Origin: Moniliella sp. 'wahieum'
Taxonomy: Eukaryota
Reading direction: 5' to 3'
Assembly (NCBI GenBank): GCA_003971905.1
Contig: RSEE01000034.1
Coordinates: 310,001-374,000 of the forward strand
DNA: 64,000 nt
Shown here in pieces: positions 51,043 to 63,584 of this stretch. Made by a program: the position numbers and the translations under genes. The notes beneath the pieces are model-generated. The model was not told where the DNA came from and ran no database searches. It saw only the letters and a list, made by a program, of their open reading frames with translations. Numbering within the stretch: the first letter of the stretch is position 1; each line of letters begins with the position of its first letter.

Positions 51043-54000
51043 ATGCTGCAGCCCCCGCACGACCCCCTCCTCATCCTCTCCAACACCCAGCTCCAGCGCC
51101 TCAGCGACACCGATCCCGACAGCATTGCTGACTTGTGGCAGGGTACGCTCTGTTCGCTTGCGTGGGCTGCCCAGCGCTGCCTCGCGCCGTCTGCCCATCC
51201 GCTGACCCCCTCTCCCCCCCCCCCAGTCTTCTCCAAGGTCTCCGCCGCCCTCCGCAATGGCCCCCGCCTCGAGAATCTCTCGTGGCGCATGTGGTACCGC
51301 GAGGCCCACATCCTGCCTCCCGAAATGGGCGTTGCTGACCTGCTCACGCCCAGTCCCACCCTCTTGAGCCTCAACAACTCGCCTCTCAATCGCAGCCGCG
51401 CCGGCTCCAAGGCGCCCACACCTGCCTCTTCCCTTGCTCCACCTCGCTTGCCCTCCCCGCCCTCTGCCCCTTTCGACCGCGTTTGGCTCTCACGCACGCG
51501 TCAAACAGCGCAACCGCGCACTCTGGGCTCAGACCAGCGAGGGCATTCAGTTCCCCTCGACGGAACCAGACTCTGACCCCACTCCGGCTTCGCAGCACGC
51601 AGCGCCACCTCCGGAACATGCGGCGTGCATGTCGCACCAGCAGCACGAGTTTGAGCAACAACGCAGGCGTCCCCTCAGCTTCCAGGCTGTCATTGAATCG
51701 CTCGATTTGGACCCCCAGTCCGACCCCGGACCCGGCCGGGCTGCTGTGTTCAACGAGTTGCGCAGACCTTTACCAGACTCTCTCTCCCGCCCCCGAGCAG
51801 GGAGCACTGTGTCATGGAATCCCCCCGCCCGCCGGCCCGTGCTCATCAGCAACCGCTCGGCCAGCGCTGTGATCCAGACATCTCCTACCGCTTCTCTTCC
51901 TCAGTCTACTGCGTTGCCAAGAAACACGTCTAATGCAGACGAGGATGAATGGGAGGACGATGAGGAAACCTCTTCTGTGAAGCCAACTGAACGTGCTACT
52001 TTGACCGGGGCGACTCCTGCACCCCCTTCTCTTGAGGCAAAGCAGGATGCGGATGAATGGGAGGACGAGGAGTGGGTGGAGAAGACACCTGCTTCCAATC
52101 CAGTGGCCCAGAACAAGATCACACCTGTTGTCCCTGAAGAACCTGTGCAGGCAGTGAAGTCTGAGGCGACACCGCCTCCTGTCGTCGCAAACTCCAGCCT
52201 TGAGGAGGAAGAGTGGGAAGAGGAACCTGTTCTGCCTGCCCCGAGCAACAGAAAGGGGAAAGGGAAAAAGGAGAAGAAGAGCAAGTCCAAGTCAGTAAAG
52301 GGGGAGAAGATGCGCTCTGTCCCCAGCATTACAGCCCAGCCCAAACCCACTCCAAAGCCCGCCGCCCAACCTTCTGGTGAGCATGAACCTGCTCTCTCTC
52401 TCTCCCGCCCGCTCCTGAGCCCCACCTTTCCACTGCTTCCTCCCCAGCTCCATCTGCACCGCCAGCACCGTCTGCCCTGCCTGTCCTACTCCCTTCTTCT
52501 GTCGAACCTCCCACTGTCGAGGAGGGATGGGAAGATGAAGAGCTTCCCGCACAAACCCCCGCACTTCCTCCCAAAGTCCAAGTCAAGAAGCCAGCACCCA
52601 TACCCCAGGCTCAGGAGTCGCCCGTGGCCAAGGCAACCCCGCCTAATTCTGTCCTTCCCAGTAAAGACGGGTGGTCGACAAGACGACGAGGAGGATGGCT
52701 GGGAGGAGGAGGAGGCCCCTTCCCGCACAGTGGGCAACAGGAGAGCGGGACGAGACAAGGCCAAGGCCAAGTCTGCTAAGGCATCTCTCGCGCCTGCGGA
52801 ACTTCCCAAAGCCACTAAGGGGAAGGAGGAGGCCGAGGAGGGTTGGGAAGAAGAGCCAGTTCAGTCGAAGCGGACCCACGTGATGAATAAGAAATCTCAC
52901 CTGCGCCAGGCCAAGAAACAAGCTCACCTTAAATCCAAAGCTGCTGTGGAACCGATCGCATCTGCGGATGAATGGGAAGAAGAGGCAGCCCCAGTACCTT
53001 CTGGAAAGTCCACTGTGTCGCCCAATGTGAAGGTATGCACCCCCGCGGTCCCTACCGCTTCGACAGTCCCACCTGAGCCAGAGGGGGAATGGGAAGAAGA
53101 ACCGATACCTAATCCCATCCGGACTACAAAGAAGGGTAAACGTCCTTCACCCGCTTCCCGACCCGGTCGTTCCCAACGTCCCGACCAGACACGGCATGTC
53201 CCCCCTTCAACTACAAATGAAGACGAGTGGGAGGAGGAACCGGATACTTCTGTGACGCATGCGGAGAAGAAAGCCCCCGTATCTCAGCACTCCGTCGAGC
53301 CTACGCAGCTGCACACCAAAGTGTTGCCCAAGGAACATTTGCCTGCTCAGGAGCTTTCGCCTCCGAAAGCTGCTTCTACTGCCTCGGTCGTGGCCGCGGC
53401 GCCACCCCCTACCGCGCCAGTTGCAGCCAAGACGGAGACCAAGACCACCCATGTGGAGCCCAAGGTTGACGTCAAGCCCAATCCCCCGCGAAGGGGTAGC
53501 AGTGGTCACTTGCGCAAGTCGGGACTTACCATGACACCCCATGTCGGACGCAAGTCGGCAACATCCCTAGCCAACAATGGGGGGGCAGCACACAATCCTC
53601 CTGCTCCCCTGGGCGGTGCCGGCGGGCATGTGCCTCATAACCGCAAGTCGGCCACGAACCTGGCCCGGATCAAGTCACAGTTGTCCATGATGCCGCATCA
53701 CCCACCTCAGGCGGCAAAGAAGTCCAAGTCTGCCTCCAAGCCTGTCACCTTCGCTGTTGGCGACGAGGAGTCAGAGTCAGAAGGATCTGATGAGTGGGAT
53801 GAAGAGGCGAAGCCGACCGAGTCTCTGCCGAAACCCAAGTCCAAGCCTAAATCCAAGCCCAATCCCAATCCTAAGCCCATGCCCCCAAGCCCCCAGCCTG
53901 TGCCAACCGCTGCACAAGGTGACGACGGCGGTTGGTCCGAAGAAGAAGCACCTGTGGCCAAGCCTAAGGCCAAGAAAGGGAAGGGGAAGAAGGGGAATAC

Positions 54001-55424
54001 CAAAGCCAAGGCCAAGGTGGAAGATGAGTGGGACGATGAAGGGGCCTGGGCCAGTGATGCGACGACCGAGTCCGTCAAGCGGGAGCGTCGGGTGGCCGCC
54101 TACCGTGCGGCGCGCAAGGCAAGAGAGGATGAGCTGTTCCGAAAGGTGCCCGTGGCAGCTTTGCCCCGTTCGAAATCGGTGGCAGATGTGAGCCGACTGC
54201 CATCACCACCGCCGGCCCAGGTAGGAGGACTATCGACCATCTTCCATGCCAACCATGATCCGGATCCGGCTCCCATCCCGGTACGCACGACGATACCCAA
54301 GCTATCGCACAAGTCGGCTACAGACCTGCGGTCGCTTCTTGGCTCAGGCCTGCGCATGTCCCGTCCTGCCCCGGCACCAGTGGCGCCCAAGGTGTTCTCC
54401 CCGCCCAAGAGGGAGGGAACCCTGCGGCCGAGCAAGTCTGGATTGGCGCTTCCTATGCTCAATGTAGAGGAGTCACAGCGTTCCAAACCCAATTTGGCGG
54501 ACGAATCAGCTTCTTCTCCGGCCTCTCCCCCGCCTTCCCGATTTGTGGCGTCCTCCTTACCGCGTGTGCCGCTTCTAAGGCAACTCCGCTCCTCTTCGGC
54601 GTTACCAACGTTGGCCGCCCCGGCAGGTAACATACCCGCGAGTTCGCCTAACGATCATCCCAGTCGTGCAATGGTCCTGCTGGAAAATCTAGCTACTACT
54701 CGCATGTGCCCCCCCGTCGGCCGCCAGCCGTAAGAGCGAAAAGCTTTGTCCATTCTCCTGCGCCGGCAGAACCCAAGCACTCGCCCGAGGAGCCGTCAGA
54801 GTATGTGGCGCGCTGGCAGGCTCAATTGCAACCAGCCGCCAAATATGCCAAGCGAACTAGCTTGCCCCCCGCCCCGCCCGTGATACTTCCAGTCGCTCGC
54901 CTCCGTCGTCCGACTTGTCGGCGTCAGTGCCGCGCCCGAGCGAGACCGTCCTGAGCCCAGGTGCTATGGACCATGCTGAAGGAACCGAGGCCCAGACTGG
55001 CCCATCCTCCCTCCAACGTACGGCCCGCACCCGCGCAGCTGGCATGGACCCGGCTGCGCGTCCCTCGGCTCCCGGTCTGGACCACAGCGCTACGCGGCGC
55101 ACGGAGACGACGCATCACCGGCCCCCGTCGATGCTGGGAATGGGCTCGGCGCTGCGGCCTTTGACCTCGGTCCGTCGCCCCCCCGGTCTGGGCATGACCA
55201 CTCTCTCGCAAGAGCGCCCTGCGCCCTCGGACGGCCCAAGCACCCGTCTGGCTCAGCGCCCCTCGGCACCCAACCTGTTGCTCAACCGTGCGCCTTCCGC
55301 GGCAAGCCAGTACGGTGGCCTGGCTTCGTCGGACTCGTCCGAATCGGAGGACGAAGCGCCGTTGCCGCGCCGGAGCTTGAGTCGGGCCAACTTGACCGCC
55401 GGGTACCACATGACAGGCTGGTGA
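51043..55424 (+). CDS. DUF1752-domain protein, Mks1-like (DUF3295-like C-terminus); intron 51143-51226; several indels
   Basis: SIADLWQ|VFSKVSAALRNGPRLENLSWRMWYRE (DUF1752 signature); later ELFRKVP..LPRSKS and the terminus GYHMTGW*. Mks1-like assignment is from recalled domain architecture. Confidence 0.75.
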
Positions 55425-56262
55425 TCCGTCAACTAGGTGAACTAGTGACCCGGCTGGGTGGCTCACATACCCCCTACTCCCCCTACCTCATACACCACCA
55501 ATCATGTACTTTATCGCTGTTATTGCATCTAGTGGTCGGTGCTAGGGCCGTAGGCAATGGGCCCGGGCAGGGCAGACGATTGAAGTGCCTCGTGGCCAAT
55601 GGCCATGAGGAAGCACAGTGATTAATGAAGAGATGACTACGAAAGGATGCATCGAGCATTGGAGCATCCTTCAAGTCGGCTGTGGCGTGTTCGTAGCAAG
55701 GCAACTGGCTTCAGTATGTACTCAGTATTACTCAGAGGAGAACAATGCGCCAGGCATCTCGTGCATCATATCTAAATCTCAGATATGCGAGCATCGTGGC
55801 GACGGGGCTTGATCGGTCCGGCCATGGTGACGGTAGTGCATAATGCACCACACGACCGGTGAAGCTGAAGCTTCACTTGAAGCTTCACGTCAGTCTCTGT
55901 CTTTGGCAACAGCATCGAGCATCTTATTAGCATCCTAATAGCATCCATGCTCGGGTCAGAGTTCGGTACGCAGACGCAGAATTCAAATATTCCGATGTCG
56001 GATCGATCAGATCGTCAGACACTCAGACTCTCAGATGGCAGAGCAGCAGCCGCCTGGGGCCTGGTCGCTGGCTCTGTCCCAGTCTGCCCCTTGGTTGCCA
56101 TGCCCACAGCAACAGTGGCTGGCCACAAAAGGGTCTCGCAAGGCTCGGTCACACCCACAACCACTCTTACCTCCGTGCGAGGCAGTGCCGCCCGCACATG
56201 GGACGAGAGGGCGGCTGGCGATGATCGATGGATAGGGGGCGTCACGCGTGACCCCAAGCGTC

Positions 56263-56293
56263 ATGCATCATGCATCATGCATCATGCATCATG
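56263..56293. repeat. (ATGCATC)4 heptamer array
   Basis: Directly visible. Confidence 0.95.
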
Positions 56294-59200
56294 CCTCGCT
56301 CCCTCAGGCTGAGGCGCCCTGGCAAGCTACAAATAAATGAGACAACCGTGCGAGGGCCTCATGTCTCAGGTGGGGACAAGCCTCTCCCCTCCGGTCGTAC
56401 TGACGTCCTGAGGCCTGACCGCGTTCCGACGTGTCAGGCTGTTTGTATGTTGTAACGAACGGCACGAGGCCCAGGCCAGGTAGCCCCTACCGGCTACCAC
56501 AGCCAACGCATGGCAATACCGATCCATGGTCACCGGTCACCGGTCACCGCCCTCTATAAGCGCCAAGCTACCAGCGCTGTGTAGTAAAGCGACGGGTACT
56601 AGTACAAGTGTCTTTTTTCCTCGGTGCTTCCCTCGGTGCTGAGGCTCAGCACTCCCACCCCCACCTCCTACAGCCCACACTCTATGCCTGCGTACCTGAG
56701 ACCTCAGCCTGAGGCACGATGCCCGAGGGTTCCAGACTTGGGATGATCGATGATGCATGAGCTGTTGTGCGTTGCCCGCCCTCGCTTCCATTTTCAGTAG
56801 ATCTCAGATCTCACCATGTATAGGTTCACACACGCCCTAGCTCTCCACGTCCACTTCTCGTCTTCTCCGCTTCGTGCGTCCCCCTCCTTGAGTTGGAGTG
56901 TGGTATAATATGGCACCACCTGGCGTGATGGCTTGATCGGCCATGTCGCTGGCAACCGGAACTAGCTACAGAGTTCCGCGAGACTCGCGCACTCCGGATT
57001 AGTTACCGTTGCGCCTCGTTCCCCTACTTCTCAGTTCAACGTTCACGAACAACCACCGGCCTGGGCCCTCATTGGTGTAACCGATTTATCGCGCTTATTA
57101 TACCCATTGATCGCCAACGTGTAGTGCTTCGCCCTAACCCCCATTCTTTCATCAACGTGTCGCGCCAAGCCTGTGTGCAAGCAGCCCATGTTTCTCTCTC
57201 TGACCCTGAAATCCGAAATAAGGTATTCAGAGTTCGGAAAAGCCTGGTATGGAGCACGACGACAGTGTGGAAATTCTCAACGCACTGCAGTAAAACAGCA
57301 CCGCACTCCTCTATCCCCCTGGACCATCTTCTACGCGTCCGCCACCTGCGTCCAAATCCTGCTTGGCGACTAATACCGAGAGAAGGAAACCGACCACGTC
57401 AATGACGTGTGGCTGTCTTTGCAGTTTCCTCTGTGCGATGTTGGCCACGGTGACCCGAAATCGTTCGATCATCCGTTGCCGCGTATTTTGAGATCAACAG
57501 AGAGTATTGACGCTGGTGTTACTAGTTGCGTCCTGATTCTGTACGAGCAAAAAGATAACCGGTAACCTCCCTGATTGGTGTTTTATTGTTGTTGCTAGTA
57601 GTATGCAGATGTTTGGGGGCTGTGCGGGTGTTGTCGGTTTAATTGGTATCGCCCAGGTACAGAGGGGGGGTGATACACAAGGGGAATACGCCGAAATACG
57701 CGAAGGGGCAAAGTACAGTGTACGTGGATATGCAGAAAGATATGTACATACACCGCCTAACGCACCATTGTTATGTATTTGAGATCTGAGACCTAATATT
57801 TATGCACCGGTACGGGAGGGCGACGGTGTTTGCAGAGTGAACGGTGAAGCTGGCGAGTGAAGCTTGAAGAGAGGGAAGCACAGTATATATTACGGGGCCA
57901 CAATGATTAATGAACAGAGAACAGAGCTCTGGCCTACTTGCATCATGACCATGAGAGTGAGTGTAGCGACGTCCTGGTCCACTCGGCTATAGGGAGACCG
58001 CCACTGATGCTGAAGCGTTTATAGTACAGTAGTAGCGTAGGCGATCGATTGCGGGCGAGAGATATAGGCGTTGGTGGTAGGAAGCAAAACAAGGGCTACA
58101 GGAGGCGGCTACTAGTCGTTGGCTTACGCTGGTACGCGCTCATCAGCAGTCCTCGGAGCCCGCAGAGCCTTGGGGCTAATGAGGCCTGAGGCCGGAAGTG
58201 CACCGCGATCGATGAAGCCAGTCACTGTCGCAGCAAGAGGACCTGATCGATCAGAGAATTAGGAAGCACATCAAATACTGCATCCTCGGCCACCGTTGTC
58301 GCATCTCTCTTAGAGCTTAGGGCGGTTTTCTCTTGGTACATAATGTTACACGCACGTCTGTTATAAGACCACTTTCTTGATTAGTCACGCGTCACGCTTG
58401 GAAAGATGCCGAGAAAAACACTGCTATACCGGTGCCTTCTTCGTCATAGTAGTAGGCATGTATAACCGCAAAAGAGATGAGAGGCTCATCCCTCACACGT
58501 ATGCAAGAGTCCCTGTTCTCCAGAAAACTGGTGCGATCCTGTAATTGGTACACACCGCATTGAGACTACATATACTAGCTGCATATAAACCTCCACTGTC
58601 GAAATGTTTTAAGTCGAGGAAATGTGGACCCCCGAATAGGAATAGGGAGACGAAGATCATTTCTCGGCACAATGTTCACATGTTTCATTCAACAGAGGAG
58701 AGTCTATATATACACCTTGAGCTAAGGAGATGCGGCTGTGCTCACTGTACTCGTGTGTATATCACATCCAGTAACTTCGTACGGTTACACGTATCCACAC
58801 ACGCTTCCTCGGGTATGGGAACAGATGGCGTGCACCAGAGGGTCCTGGTCTCTTGGCGATTCCCCTGATTAATCACCTGTGATAATGATAAGAAACTGGA
58901 TCACATATCTCTGTGGCGCGTGATCATCGATGGCTGCGTCGGAGTTGGGCCATGCATGTTATGCACGGCCTTGTTCCTTAAAGTTCTTGAGGCTTGAAGC
59001 TTGAAGCTTGAAGCCTGAAGCATTGCATACCATGTACCAGGCCGTACCTGACATGGTTTGGCTAATTTCGCTCCCATTTCCAATTTCCTCGTCTCGAGCG
59101 TCTCGCTCCTTCCCTGTTTCTTCCACTTCTCGCACCATGTCCTCTGCTCTTGTTTCTTTCCCACGAATGATTGCTACACCCCTTGGCCTACTCCCGATTC

Positions 59201-59724
59201 TGGTCTCCCTCGCCTTAGCTTCGATTGTGACAATACCACAGATCATCAATTACCCCCAAGGTCTACTGAGAAGATCAGTAGTTCATCGTTCATCAGGCCT
59301 CGGGAGTTCAGGCTCAGCTTGGCGAGTTGAGGGGGGGCGAGACTGTGTGCCAGAAGAAGGTCGGGATAATGGTAGCGCTGAAGCGCGCGGTTGGACGAGA
59401 CGGTATAACTCTGTGGGCACAGAAACAAGTTTGCACCGCTTCGAGAGAGGTAGTCCCCCCAGTCCCCCCATTCCCTCCAGTCGTGCGTGTGGTAAAACAC
59501 GTCTCAAAAACATAAGTAAAACAAACGTAATTTGGCTCTCTTATTTGTTGCAAAGCGGAGACTGGGAGAGCTGCTGTGGGATGCCGCTGTGGCAGAGCGT
59601 ATACGGAGGACGACGACCCCTGTAACTTTTTGCACTTACACTGTGGTGTGGTTACTAGGTTACTCTGTTACATAAATTAAGTTACTGAGTATACGGAGTC
59701 TCACATTTTAGTAGTAAATATTGA

Positions 59725-59966
59725 CTAGTAAGACGAGGAGGACCACCGGGCCTACGGCCCGGTCGGCTGGGGCTTCGCCCCAGCTTGGTGCTGCGTCGCC
59801 ACCTTAGCCACCGTAGCCACCATTCCACGCTGGAAGCCATCCACGCTGGAAAACATATCACCGATACGCGCTGGCTGGCGTGGCTAGCTGCGCTCCCGGT
59901 GGCTTACGCGATGCTGATGTAAAGAGTGGTGCACACCCCGTTTTGAATTTCTGTATGGAGTAGAGA
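59725..59966 (-). mobile_element. Non-autonomous Helitron-like element (242 bp)
   Basis: Minus strand: A|TCTCTACT... at the 5' end; GC-rich hairpins GCTGGGGC-GAA-GCCCCAGC and ACCGGGCC-GTA-GGCCCGGT, then 16 nt, then CTAG|T; no target-site duplication. Confidence 0.7.
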
Positions 59967-62115
59967 TGTGAGAGCACTGGCACCGAAGACGCTTACTGAG
60001 TACGGATTAATGATTACCGGTTGCCGGTTACCAGTTACCGATTATCGATTACTGTGATCCTTCTCTTCTTGTAAGCTTGCTGTGGCCTCCTGTAGCATAT
60101 ACAAAAGCTCCCAAATCCCAACGTCCTATTAACTTCGTGCGCCCCGGTGGTCAGTGGTACGGCATCGGGCAACACACAAGGACACGTGTGTTCCTCTACA
60201 CGTTCAGGGGCCACGGCTCAACCGCTCAGCCTGTGAGAGCGCTGTGCCTCAGCACCGAAGAGCATTCTCCATCAAATAGCGGCCGAAAGCCCTAAGCCGA
60301 TAGCGGAACAATCATCCTGTGGGCTATATTCCTGCGATTCCCTGCTATGTTCTACTTGCTATTCCAGGCTATTGTCTGATGCACTGGCCGGTAGGCGGTG
60401 TTGGGCCCTGTGCTTGAGCGGGTGCCTGACTTGGCCGGTGTGGATGGCACAGCGCCAGCCATGGAGGCGGCACATAAATGGTATCCGACACCATCTGTTT
60501 AATGGTGAGATCTAAGAGTATTGGGAATTGAATTCATTTACTCTCCGTCCTCAGTACCTCAGTGCGACGTACTCAGCGTGCTCAGCATGAGTAGGATGAG
60601 GACGATGATCGATGAGGCCCTGAGGCCTGCCACTGAGTTATCGATTATCCGTGCCCATGCTGCCTGCGGCCTGCAGTCGCTCAGTCGCTCAGATCTCAGA
60701 TGTCAGACAACTCTCTCGGCGGCACCAGGCGGCACCACGCGGTGAATCGCATCTGCACTGCGACAACTACTAGACCCTATAGGCCCTAGCAAGGAGGCGA
60801 GAGAGTCGGACGGTGCCCTTCTGTGCCTGGAGTGCTGATATGTGACATGCACTGACAGAGGACCCGTGCGCGTGACGCGTGACTTCTGGATCTGAGGTCT
60901 GGATCTGAATATCTGACGTGTGACTTCTGACGAGGTCACACGTGGCGTGTGATGTATGTGTGCGTGAATACTATGTACCGAGCACGACTCGGAGTACGTA
61001 CTGAGCACCAGTACTTAGTACTTAGTCCTTACCGGTTACTGAGTACTGATTACCGGATGCAGCCCGCTACCCCAAGCTACACCCTGTTGCAGTGTACCAG
61101 TTACCACGTACTAGCTGCCAGTACAGCTGGCTAATAATAGTGGCTAGGGAAGCTAGTAACTAGTAGCTAGTAGCTATTAGTAATTAGTACCTTGTTTAGC
61201 TGCTCTACTAGCAGCACTACTCCGTACTCCTAAGTGACCCGACTGTGTCAACTACCTAGGTCCTTGCTATTCCTAGCTGCCGGGGAAGAGAGTATTGATT
61301 CGATGATTGCTGATGCACTGACGTATCGATCATCGAATTAAGCAATCTCATCGATCATCGAGATAATCAATCATCAATCATCGAAACCATCATCGATTAG
61401 TGCCTGAAAAGAGCCTTCGGATTAATGGTGCTGTAACGTGTAAATACGGGTCCCAGTCTCCCATTTTCGACTTTTCCACCATTGTCCCACCTTCGCCGCG
61501 TCCTCTTCCTCCCCTGTCTGCTTCTTCCCCGGGTCCTTCAGCGTGCTGCCACGCCGGATTGCCTTGTTCCGTCGACGTGTCAACGTTCAGCGTTCAACCC
61601 TTTCTTTGGACCCCTTTCGCTCCAAGTTTCCCGATCTTCTTCGCCTCTCCCGGGCCTCACCGACTCACCCGGCATCTCTCGCTGCGGGTGTACTCAGGTA
61701 CCCATCCACCAAAGTCGCCTGACGTTGACATTGTCCTATTCGGCTCCGCCACGTTCAACAGCCATCCGGTTCCTGTGACAGCCCAGAAGCCACCTTCATC
61801 TGGCTCGATTCACGCACTTATCTTCTCGTCATCCTCGACTCGTGTTAAGTTCATTATTACCGCAGCCTCGTTCCATCTATCTGTGTCTCTTCTCAGCACT
61901 GTGTCGACTGGCTTCATATCCCGACATCATCGATCATCCCCATACTATCTGCTCGAGACCGGCTACCCTCCCTGCCTCTCCCTTCTCCCTCCCCCCTTCC
62001 CCGCGGCCTCCTCGATCATTGCGAACGAATTAGATGCCAATCCCAGTGTCGGAGCCCGGCCACACTGTCAACCGCTCTTACCAACTTACCGCTTCCCTAC
62101 GCCCGCCTGCGCACC

Positions 62116-63584
62116 ATGACCTCCTATTCGCCCACCGACTCTCACAGGGACGTGACTGTAAGTGGGATTCCTTTCCATCTCCTCGGCCCCCAGAGATGCA
62201 TGATGAATGATGCATTACTGATGCATGATCATGCATGCCTCATCTGCATCAGAACAAATGGCTAACTTGAGCGGTGGACTATGCCCATCCAGATCCCCAG
62301 CAATTTACCGCCAAGGTCATTTGCCACGCCCTCTTGGGACCATTCGCGCGATCCTTCTCAACCGGCTCCAACATATTACGCGGCTCTGGCATTTCATCGG
62401 TACGTTGGTAATGCAATCGATTTTGGAACGCCCCCTGTATGGCGGCGATGGAGATGATTGATGGGCCGCGGCTGGCGTGGGCGAGATACCTGGGCTTACG
62501 ATGCATTGCGCCCATGCGTGTGTTTCAGGCTGTATGTCGGTGCATCGCAGCTCAGGCCGGAGGTGTGTTTGCGGCGCTCGTGTCTCGCTCACGCCGCCGG
62601 GGCGTGCGCTGGGGATTCGATCTTGGAAAGCTGCCGGTGCCCTTTTTCACGCGTGTCTGCTGACTCTCCGACTACGTATGATTCACACACATATTATTTC
62701 TGGCTGCTTTCAACACTCCATCCATTCTTCGGGTGTGGCTGCCCGACACGTATACGGGTGCACTTGTTGCTTGCTTGTCCTTTCAGTCAATCCACATGCT
62801 GCCGCGCGAGACGGATGGAGAGTGGAGTACATCTACTCCCCGTACCCATGGGTTTGCCAACCCCCCGGCCCCCACCACAACCGCTCCCTCGGTACCCGGC
62901 CCAACCGCCACGGCTTCCTCCCCTTTCTTCCCGGCCGACTCGATGCCTGCACCTCCGCCGCCGGCCCCGTTGAGCCACGGAGGCATGTACTATCCACCTC
63001 CTCTTGATTATCCTGCGCCCCCTGGCCGGTCAGCCGAACGTGCGGAGGGCGGCCTGGTGGGCTATGCCCACTACCCTGACTTGTCTGCCCCCCATGGGTA
63101 TGCGTCCCCTGGTCTGGGGGGGGGGAGCGGATGCGGGATTCTTACTTGCCTCCGGCCCGGCTCCCAGATCCTCCTTTCTTCGAAGGAGGCTCGTCAATGG
63201 TGCCTGCGCTGCCTGGCCCCAAAGCGGCCCAAAGCCAAGATTGATGGGGCGGCACGCAAGCGAATTTGCCAGTACGCTGAGCTGCACCCGGACATGCGCC
63301 AAGCCGATGTGGCAGCTGTGTTTAATGTCGAGCGCTCGACGGTTAGCAAGATTGTGAAGCAAAAGCACAAGTGGTTGGCCATCCCAGACGATGGTCCTGA
63401 GCTCCGCTCCCCCTCTTTGCCCGTTCGTGGCAAGCGAGCTTCGCCGCCCGGATCCAGGAGCTCCACCACCTCCTCGCTTGCCTCGCCTCAGACTCGCACT
63501 TCCCTCGAGACCACCCTCTACCCGGATCCGCGCGGCTTGCCAGGCTCCGCCTTAGGTCTCTCCTTGGCGCCGGCGCCAGAGTGA
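62116..63584 (+). CDS. CENP-B N-terminal (psq-type) HTH DNA-binding protein; exon structure and both ends uncertain
   Basis: PKAKIDGAARKRICQYAELHPDMRQADVAAVFNVERSTVSKIVKQKHKWL (63226-63377). A candidate first exon 62116-62157 (GTAAGT donor) splices in frame to the acceptor at 62786. A possible further donor lies at 63581. Confidence 0.72.
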
